Origin: Lama glama
Taxonomy: Eukaryota
Assembly: GCA_028534125.1 (NCBI GenBank)
Contig: CM052820.1
Coordinates: forward strand, 3,844,001-3,908,000
Length of the DNA stretch: 64,000 bases
Direction: 5' to 3'
Made by a program: the position numbers and the translations under genes. Under the pieces are notes generated by a model, which did no database searches, had not been told where the DNA came from, and saw only the letters and a list, made by a program, of their open reading frames with translations. Numbering within the stretch: position 1 is the first letter of the stretch; each line of letters opens with the position of its first letter. Below, in pieces: positions 53,707-64,000 of the stretch.

Positions 53707-53922
53707 CACAAGGGGCTCTTGTATAGCGATCTGATTTACCCCCGTCGACTGGCGGCCAGCGGCCCAATGAAAGCCGGGCTACAAAGGCAGCCTTTGAAGC
53801 CAGCTCAGCCTCGAAACACTCCATATGCAGGCGGGCAGACTGCACCGCATTAGATCTGTTGTCACATTTTCCCTCTTCTTATTCTAATGATCCTATTTTA
53901 ATACACACAGGAACCTCTTCTA

Positions 53923-54291
<369 letters not shown>

Positions 54292-54951
54292 CTAAGAAGT
54301 CCATCTCCGCAGAGCCATCCTGTTTCAGAGGATCTCCTAAACTTTCCCCCGACTTTTCCACTGCAAAATTAGCTCTTAATTCTTTCTGTAAAGAGTTCAA
54401 AATTCAATTACTAGAAACCAATGGACCATATAGGAAAGTAACGCCCAACAGGAAAACACATTCAAAGGCTGCAGTTAATCCAGCCGAGAAGAAAAGGACT
54501 GCTTGCTGCTTGTTTGGGAAACCTCTGACATAAATGTATATATTTAATTAACGTCTGAAGGATTTAAAAAATTCTATTAATGACTCAGTGGTGCAATTTA
54601 ATGGTACGTCCTCGATTCGTATCAAGGTGCTGCTAACGTTCCTTTTTATTGCTTCCAGTTAGAAAAAGAAGGTTCAAAGTTAAGCTGGTGTAAGATATCG
54701 CAAAAAATTACAAAGGGAAAAAGAGGTTGAAAATATCTTTTTTGGACAAAACGTCTATGCTTTGGGGGGAAATGAGCAGCTTTGTTTGCCAAGTTGCCGA
54801 ACGGTCTTCTTGGCCGTACTATTGACGGACGTGCGCTGCCCGGGAGCTGGCAACCGGCAGGCAGGGTGGCGATGCTTCGCCCCAGGGAAGCCACGGCCCC
54901 AGCCTACCATGACTCGGGGACACCGAAGGAGCACCACGGCAAAGTCTCCAT

Positions 54952-55179
54952 NNNNNNNNNNNNNNNNNNNNNNNNNNNNNNNNNNNNNNNNNNNNNNNNN
55001 NNNNNNNNNNNNNNNNNNNNNNNNNNNNNNNNNNNNNNNNNNNNNNNNNNNNNNNNNNNNNNNNNNNNNNNNNNNNNNNNNNNNNNNNNNNNNNNNNNNN
55101 NNNNNNNNNNNNNNNNNNNNNNNNNNNNNNNNNNNNNNNNNNNNNNNNNNNNNNNNNNNNNNNNNNNNNNNNNNNNNNN
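54952..55179. other. N-run, 228 bp
   Basis: Run of N. Confidence 0.99.
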
Positions 55180-57923
55180 TCCGGTGCTGCAGTGAGGAGC
55201 TAATGAAATCCACTTTCAAAGGGTGTGAGATGGAGCAGCTGGTTTTATTATTATTATTTTTTAATATTAACAGGGGGTTGATGTCTTGGGGACTAAGGGA
55301 TAAAAGTTTCCATGACATAAACTCAGATCTGACACCACAATGGACACGCGCTTGTTAGAAAGCAGGCTTCTTCGAGGATTATAAGAAACCAGCATTTACT
55401 GAACACCTACGAAGTGCCAGGCACTGTGCACTTTTTTCCTTTAGGATGTAGAAGCCTGGAACGAAATAACAGGAAATGAAACAAGCACCGAACAGAAAGT
55501 TGCAGGAGAACATAAAACATGAGGTTTATTTAACCTTTGGGTTAAGAAGAAAAGAGAGATTTATCAATTCCTTGTTGTGAATTCTAGTTAGGTACTTAGG
55601 GATTCATTTTTCCCTTTAATTAATTCTGTAATTAATAATCTATGGTAAGAACTGTATTAACAGCCCTAAATTCTCTTTCCCCACATTTCAACTCATGGGA
55701 CAGCTGGAGCTTGAGCTCACTATTTATAAAATGAGATTCAAAGCTCGTGGTGGTAACATTTAAAATTGTTTTAAATCACCAGAGGCCACTGATGGTACCT
55801 TTAGAAGTTTATGAATTCTAGATTTCTAAATCTGGAAATCCATCTTCATTATTCTCTATTAACCAGAATAATTAACAAAACAAACATTAAAAAAAATTAA
55901 CATCTTCCTCAAGGCAGCACATCTGCCCCCACAATCACTCTGTTCTCAGAGCAGAACTTCCAGATTCCACATGAAGCAGGGTGGTGAACTAAACCTCAGT
56001 CTTGGATCACACACCCCGAGGTGAATGAGATCAGAACTTAGGTGCGACTTCACCGCCGAAAGGAAACAGAAAACTCCCGGCAACTCTTAACACTTTAGCG
56101 GAAAGAGCCATAAAGCTACCATTTCAAGGACAGAGCAGTGGTGACCTGTGAGGCAGGAGGGTCTGCTGTGTCTGTCCCACGGGGACTCCGGGCACAACAA
56201 GCTGAGGTACATACCGTAAAACGGAAATCCAGCAACTAAACTAAAACAAACCCACTGGACACAACACACTGCAGCTCTTACGAACCCCCATCAGGTTTCC
56301 TGCTGCGTCTGCCAACTCTGAGGCGACATCGCCCACAGCACATCCTGATGCTACTGGTGAGACGGTGGTGTGAGCGCCTCAGATGTGAAGCCTGCTACCT
56401 GGGGCGGGAGTGAGTGTGCAGGGCGTCCAGCCCGACACACAGCCAGACACCTAACAGGAGGGCGTCACACCCACCACAGACGGTCGGGCCGCGGGGCGGG
56501 GGTGGCGCACCGGAACAGTGACCACGCAGCCTCCGCAGACGACGAACAGAGGAAGGAAAAGCTGGGATAATATAATTACCACCTCTTTCCTCCAGACGTG
56601 TTTTCCTTTCCCCCATGTGACAAAAGGAGCTGTGAAGGGGCAGCCTGTAAGTTGCCTGCTTACAAAGACAGAAGTGTCACTGCCAAGAGTGCTCACTACC
56701 AGACGGAAACCTGCTTTCCCCTTTTAACCGGGGAGCAAGTCGCGGGACAGGACCCACGCTGTCCCCTCCAAGGGAGACAAAACACCATTCAAACAAATCA
56801 TCTATACATCGATTTTGCTGCCTTATTTTTGCACAGTTCCGTGTGCTGGGCGATGTCTTTTCACAATCTCTGGTTACTGGGTCTGCTTGGCTCTGTTTCA
56901 AGGTGTTGGCAAAACAGGGTGAGCTTTTCAAAACACCATGAAAGTGACACCGGTACCATGAAGCTTGAAAACAGGCAGAGCAAAGCAACGCAGTTTGTGG
57001 ACACAGACTAGAGGAAGTTTAAGACGTGGATACAGATGACAGACATGGAATCCAAGGGAACGCTGACCCCAGGACAGGGAGGGCTTCAGCTGTCACCGCT
57101 GACCAGTTTATTCCTTGCAGAAGTAACAGCAGGAAAACGCCCGTATCTGGTGAGCTGCATGGTGAGCACACGCGCACACGCACGCTGTTGTTGTTGTTTT
57201 TAATTCCTGTATGTTTGAAACTAGTTCCTAATAAAACATTCCAGCCGCATGTAAATTAGGGCTACTAAACCAATCACCTAAGAGCCTCTATATCACAGAA
57301 CCAGGAATTGAACGGATATAGCCTTTTAATACTTCTTTTCTCAAAACTATGATTTTTTTTCCAAAGAAATAAGCAAAATAAGATATAACTTAGCTTCTTT
57401 TTTTTGTAAAGTATTATTCCTACTGCCAACGTAAATAATTTGCTACGACAGGAGAGATTTTAAGTTCGTATTATTTTGGAAAAGATGAATATGCTTTATT
57501 CTTGCTTTAAAACATGTATAAATGCAGGCAGAAACATCTGGGAACGTTAGCCCTGAGTGGTACATTACGGTCACTTTATACGACTTACAAGCTCGGTATT
57601 GGAAACGGCATGTGTCCTACTTAATTAACTCTGGCCTCTTTATGAGCAGCTAATAAATAGGAGTGATGTCCCTTCATCTGGGCCTCACTGTCCCAGTCCG
57701 CGTGGATTTTTATTCACTGCACTTCTTGGGCACAAACTTCAGTCCTCCTCCTATGTGCTTTTTGCCGATTTAAGTCAGTAACTACCAACGATCGCCAGGG
57801 ATGAAAAGTCTGTGAGATTTTACATATTTAAGAATAGGTGCAAACCAGTAGTGAAGGAGAATGCAGTTTCTTAATTGGCTGCACTTTCAAATTAACCTGC
57901 CTCTTTTCATTCCCTGGGCGACG

Positions 57924-57937
57924 CTGACATCTAGTGG
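57924..57937 (-). promoter_or_regulatory. Candidate CTCF site
   Basis: Minus strand CCACTAGATGTCAG, one mismatch to core CCASYAGRKGGCRS; motif evidence only. Confidence 0.4.
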
Positions 57938-59639
57938 AGCATCTGTAAGGGCTTCAGCTTGAAACACCCCACGTCACTGGCACCGTCACCACTGTCACCA
58001 CCACCGTCACCACCGTTCTGTCCAGCATCAAACCCCATCATGACAAATACCCAGGACTGTAGCTGTCTTTTCCTTAATTGCTGTGATGCAAGCCCACTGT
58101 GAGGTTAGCTTCATCCACGACCCCGATTCCTGTTCCTGCAAATAACGGCTGTGCAGCCGGCTTCAATTTCTAGAATGGTTTACACTCAAACCTCTTTCCA
58201 GCACTTAGAGAGCAAGCGCCGAGCCCACACAGACTCACGGGCAGGCCTTTGCATCACCAGGTGCATTAATTATGACATAATTAATGGGGCTCTCGGTCAC
58301 CAGAAGGGTGAGTTTTCACTGGCTCCAGCACCGCCCCACTCGGCCCGGACAGCCGGGGTCCTGGCCGCTGCCGGTGCCCGGACACGGCGTGCGCGTGTGT
58401 GTGAGATGTGAGCAGCAGAGAGAGGGCGCCGTCCCTCCGCTCTCCACCTCCCCGCGGCAGGCAGAGCCCCACTTGCTCTCCAGACCATTTTCTCTTGAAT
58501 GCAGGTCGCTCTGGCAACATCTACTCCTGACACAGAACAAAACCCATCTACGCAGACAGCAGAGGGGAAGGAAATGTTTACCACTCGAGTTGCCGTTCAT
58601 TTGATTCTTCCTTGCCTTAAATTTGTCTCCTTGGTCAGTTACCCAGTGGCAAAGTCCAGGACACTATTTTCCAGGCCATTCCAATCCAGAGCTGCCCGTA
58701 TAAAGGGAGGGGATGGGCTGGAACAGCCCTATTTTAAAAGACACTTCCTGGCTTCTCATCCTTTGCCTTGAATAGAAACCAAAGCCAATGGCCAGTAAAC
58801 ATGTGCCTTAGAAGGCGTGGGTGTCCCTCTTCCCGCCACGCCCTCAAGGGAGCGGCAACGATACAGAAGCACCCCTGGTCCGCGCTCCAGAGCCCCCAGG
58901 CGCCCGCTGTGCTGTGTCCCACACGTGGCCCACCCTCTCCGCATCTTCGACCATGAGTTTCTCAATCCGCTGAGCCGTGAGTCAGGGCGCTGCCCATTCT
59001 GTGAGGTGACAGCTTCTAAACGGGAAGACCCCACCTGGGCGTACAGAAGTGTCACAGGGCTTGATAAGCCAGGAAGCGCTGTGTAGGTGACGGCCTTTAC
59101 TCTTGGCATGCTGACGAAACTTCACGGTCAAGCATCTTGTTTGTGCACAAATTTAAGCGTCTCAGATACTCACCTGTATTTTGCAGAAACCTAAATACTC
59201 CCTCCCAATCACACCGCCCTAAACTACTTCAGCTAAAGCATTAACATCAATCATTCCGTAACGTCAGTGGTGGTGAGATTAAAAACGAAAGCAAGGCCAC
59301 AAAGACGGTTTGGCCCTGCAGGGACTCTTCCCAGCAGCCTCACCGCAATGACTTTTGCTTATAGCTCGGAGAGGTTAGGAGACTTGGCCAAGGTAAGTGG
59401 AGGCCAGGGTCTGAGCCTGTCTGACCCACACTGGCCTTCTAGCAGCAGCACCTGCCAGAACGCACATGGCCCAGGGCAGTGAGCAAAGGGAAGGGGAGAG
59501 CTGGGAGGAGGGGGTGTGCGCTGCCGGCAGCAGCCCTCGGTGGTAACGACTGCCCAGTGACCGCCACGGAGCTGGTGGGAAAGGGGTGGGGGCTCTTTCA
59601 CACCCGGCAGCCATGTACACCATCAAGAACGCCACTCCC

Positions 59640-59838
59640 AACCTGATGTACAGCACAGGGAACTGTATTCAATTTCTCACAGTAACCTATAATGGAAAAG
59701 AATTCGGAAACAGATATATATGAATGTATCTGTATAACTGAATCGCTTTGCTGTACACCTGAAACTAACACTGTAAATCAACTACACATCCAGAAATAAT
59801 GAAATTTAAAAAGAGAGAAAAAAATTTTTTTAAAAATA
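59640..59838 (+). mobile_element. 5'-truncated cetartiodactyl-type L1 3' end
   Basis: tgtacagcacagggaactgtattcaa...aacctataatggaaaagaa...tgtataactgaatcgctttgctgtacacctgaaactaacactgtaaatcaactac plus A-rich tail. Confidence 0.88.
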
Positions 59839-59989
59839 ATGTCATCTCCAAATAAGGGCAGAGGCCCAGATGACAGATTCCTGGACACCCCTGCAGAGGC
59901 CTCCTTCAGTTCAGGACAGGAAATACTGAACTTTGTATCCAAGTCAGCAATCATCAACCAACTGAGAGGAGAAGTTGAATGGTTTAAAG

Positions 59990-60202
59990 CAGGGCCCCTG
60001 ACCCCAGAGGCTGGAAATGTCTTCGCTGGGGAAGGGGGCCGACCTGGGCGCTGCAGAACGTTGAGCAGCTCCGTGGCTGTCACCCTGAGGAGACGTCAAC
60101 AGGACCATGCCCATCCCTGCCCCCAGCTGAGACAACTCAAACTTTCTCCAGGAACTGTCAAATGGCCCCTGGGGAGCAAAACCACCTGGCTGAGAACCAC
60201 TG
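59990..60202 (-). mobile_element. MER20 DNA transposon
   Basis: gacaactcaaactttctccaggaactgtcaaatggcccctggggagcaaaaccacctggctgagaaccactg is the antisense MER20 5' end. Confidence 0.8.
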
Positions 60203-60409
60203 GTTTGAGAGCACATACTAGTAACACACAACCTAGTCCTGGAAGGGAAAACACTCTTCTTGAGTCGAATGACCGCAGTCACATGGCAGCCTGCCTGGAT
60301 TCTGTGCTCGGAGTTCTGGGCTCGGCTGCAGAGCCCTCCGTGATTGACTGGTAATGTCTGCTGTGTGCAGGGGAAGGGACAGTAGCAGCACTTTGGTGTC
60401 CTCTGTAGC

Positions 60410-60560
60410 TCAGGGCTTCTCTGCATCCCCACCGCCAGGGGGCTTTTAACAACCTCACACGCCTAGGCCCCACCCACAGATTCTGAGTTCATAAACCTGA
60501 GCCCTGAGAGCTGACGGTGAGTTTGAAAATGCTCTGCAGATGGTTCTAAAGAGGAGTCCA
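60410..60560. mobile_element. MER5-like remnant containing a CTCF-like core (CCGCCAGGGGGCT, 60432-60444)
   Basis: gcctaggccccacccacagattctgagttca resembles MER5A. Confidence 0.45.
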
Positions 60561-60912
60561 AGTGGACCGACAGCCTGATGTCAGAGTCTAAACACCCCTG
60601 CGGAGAACGGGGTCGGTGGATCGATCTGACTTACACATCGCACCTGAAAGGCTGGAAGCAAACGTGTGGGAATCCTGGCAGAGTCCTGTCACCTCCTCAC
60701 GTCTTTAGCCTGAGACCAAGAAAGTCACAGGGCAACAGCTACCTTTCTACAAACCCTGCATTCTTTGTTTCTGACACACGTTTCAGGACTCCCTGCAACA
60801 GAGACCTCCCCGGTGTCCTCCCCATCCACACCCGAGCCTGTCATCGTTCTCTCAGCCTTCCACGGAACTCAGCGCCCCTCTCGGTAGTCTGGTTTGGGTG
60901 CTACAACCATCA

Positions 60913-61323
<411 letters not shown>

Positions 61324-62337
61324 TCATTCTAGAACAGACTCGTCCGCTCAGAGCCGTTTTGACTTAAGAAAAGTGACTTAAGAAAGAGAAGTCTTTATCA
61401 TTAACTTAAAAAAAATGGAGAGTTAAAATGCCATTACTTTTCTGTCTCCTCTGGAAAAGGAAAGAGTTGGATGAACTAGGTGGTTTCCACCGTCCCTTCA
61501 GAGCCCGAGATCAGACGCAGAGACGGCGCGATTTTGCCTCGTATAACCACGGCTCCCATTTTGAAAATGGCATCTTGGAAACGCGAGTGTTTTGAGGAAG
61601 ATACTTCAAGATTCCACCTTTGCCCGCAGTGGAGAAGTTACCATCCCTGGCTGCACCCTCCCAAGCACCACTGTGAGCGCACTTCCTGACTCCGCAAGCA
61701 GCTAGCGGAAAACACTAAACCTTCTTACTCATCCTTTTAGAAAGCGCCAGTGCAACCCCTACCTGCCCAAGAGACGTCAACCGCAGACATGAGTGCAGGC
61801 GAAACAACGCCAGCACGTCCCTAATGGGCTTTTGGTGCAGTTCTTCAAAGTGACAATGACAGTTTTTGTTTGCTTCCAAGTAAATAATTTAGAGAAATGC
61901 TGCAATGGAAAGACACTAGTTTCTGCAGGGCCGGAGGGAGAAGGTAGTCAGTCGTAAGTGAGGGCCGCTACCACACTGAAGTGCAGAGTGGGGTTAGCCA
62001 CTGAGATCTCCCCACAGCTGCTCAACCCACAAGCGGACAAGAACGAGGCCCAACACGGGGTGATTTAAATCAGCAGCAGAGACCGCGGCGCACACCCCGC
62101 AGCCCCGCTCCAGCCAGCATGCCTCCTAACACAGGCAGCATGAGGACGGGGAACGGTAAAGAGTGATGCCCATAAAAGCCGCTTGGCCACAGCGGTTAGT
62201 GAAGGAGATGTTAAGTCAATTACCAACATGCTGTTATTTACAAAGTTGAAAAGAAAACCAATCCACCTTGGAGCTGGCTGAGAACACTCAGGGCTCAGAC
62301 CTGCCCCCCAGCCCCGCCTCCCACGCGCCCGGCATAC

Positions 62338-62465
62338 CTGGCTGATGTGCACCGCGGACACCTGGGCCGAGCAGACAGACGAGTGGCTCGGGGAGCTGGG
62401 GAGCGACTTGCAGGGCCCTATGGACAGCTGCTGCTTCTTCCTAGTGGCAACAATCTTCTGGGCAA
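62338..62465 (-). CDS. AGAP1: AGAP1 coding exon (about exon 7), 128 bp: (V)AQKIVATRKKQQLSIGPCKSLPSSPSHSSVCSAQVSAVHISQ
   Basis: Translation matches AGAP1 at the end of the GTPase-like domain. Acceptor ctcctag|TT GCC CAG, donor CAG|gtatgc. Enters mid-codon, exits phase 0. Confidence 0.97.
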
Positions 62466-64000
62466 CTAGGAGACAGGGGGACAAACGGCATCTCCGTGAG
62501 GCTGGTTTCCAAATCCAGAGACTGCGGCAGAGGCCCCGGGGGTCGTCCCTGCCGTTCACTTTACCCTGATTTTCATCTGGGCACATGACGACCAGAACAG
62601 ATACGCCATCTCCTGGGGCTGCCTCTGGTCCATCCCCGCACCCCAGCTAAAGAAGGACACGCAAGCAAGCTCTGGGCACCGGGCTGGCGGTAGGAAGGCC
62701 ACCTGGCAGCACGCAGGAAACCCCCTTGCGGGAGCTGACCTTGGCCATCCTTCCTCACGTTCCTTCTCTCTATGTGAAGCCACGCACGCTGTGTGTAGCC
62801 CTGGCAGTGATCTTAGGGATGGAAGTCCACTTGGTGGGATGCCAGATAAAGGGGCCAGGCCTTCAGCTTGGCAGCCTGCACAGACCACCTAGGAAGCCTT
62901 GCATGTGAAACAGAAAAATACACACCTATCTTGTCTGAACTATTCTAATAACAGGACTTTTATCCCCCAATTACCTGCAGCAATAATAATCCTAAATATA
63001 TCAGGGTAATTTAACCCGACTTCCTTGAAAATCAAAAATCTGTTTTTTGCAGAGCCTAAAGAACTACTCTGAACTCTACCAGCTACTGCAAAGAATTATA
63101 TTCAAGGGCATGTAATTATATCAAAGACTTTTTTAAAAATTTCGATATATTGCTATACATGTTGGGAGTTTATCTTAATCAATACAAGTCTAAATTCAAC
63201 CAGCCATGACTTCTCTCGGCAAATAGGCTCGCTGATCAAGCATGTTGGATTTAACTGGAAAGGAAGTCAACGGTTAGAAAGCTCTTCCTGCACCAATAGG
63301 TGTCACTGCAGGGGAACAACTACAGCTTTTGTCTGCATAAATGTGCGTCCTTGGGGACGAGCTGTAATTAAGTTCAATGATATGCAATCCTTGTCTTTGC
63401 CCAGATAGTTGCTGTTTTTAAAGATCCCTTGCAGACGAGCACACCACTGTCCTCAGCAATAGGTTATCATCTAGGCGAGCACACAGTGTCCACAGATAAT
63501 TTCTTTTCCAAATGGATACAGTTTTAAGAAGGAGCTGGTTTGTCCACAGCTTACGGCTTTCATGTAAATGAATGATAGTATAAATATGATTAAGTGAAGA
63601 TGCAATGTATAAAAAATGGCTCACAGAGATGAAGCAGCAGCTTCATTAGTTACATCCCACCTCCAATCGGCCTCTTACCATCCTGAAAGGACGGTATCAA
63701 TTAATTTATCTCCCTGCAGCATATTGATCATAACCTTCATCAGCTAATCACGTTTAAATTACAGAGGAATATCGCAACACTCTGTCATTTCAAAACCATT
63801 GGCGTATTGATCCGTGGTCTTTGAAGACGTGCATTAGAATATTTTAAAAATCATTATGTGAGCTCAAAAATAAAATTTAAGATCAGATTCCAACAGCCAT
63901 AAAACATGTGTCACACAGGTGAATGGAAATTCCAAGACCAGAAATAAATTAACCTAAAATCATGATTATTTGGGTGATTTCCAATTTACTTTTTTGGGGG

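Noticed and set aside
59174-59232. Possible 59-bp poison exon or recursive splice site (minus strand tgctttag|CTGAAGTAG ... ATACAG|gtgagt)
   Set aside because: Strong donor but weak polypyrimidine tract; such matches are frequent by chance and cannot be supported without RNA-seq junctions.

Overview
Mammalian genomic DNA, almost certainly camelid (three copies of the camelid tRNA-derived vic-1-type SINE). The whole window lies inside AGAP1 (CENTG2) on the minus strand. Three coding exons are present (62338-62465, 60994-61149, 54061-54153; about exons 7-9, the GTPase-like-to-PH-domain linker), all with AG/GT splice sites and a continuous frame. Positions 1-54060 are part of one long intron; I did not find the next (PH-domain) exon. 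The main finding is at 5459-5539 (minus): an 81-bp segment matching, from my recall, the core of HACNS1/HAR2, the human-accelerated GBX2 enhancer known to lie in an AGAP1 intron. Here it has mostly ancestral A/T alleles, although nearby old repeats look GC-shifted. The introns also hold several motif-dense candidate enhancers, a nested solo LTR, L1/L2/MIR/MER relics and a hairpin-bearing 31-bp minisatellite. Six N-runs all have lengths of 4 mod 8, probably a technical signature. I see no prokaryotic system or CRISPR array, and nearly all ORFs in the track are spurious. Family and ortholog calls come from memory of consensus sequences, not from database searches.
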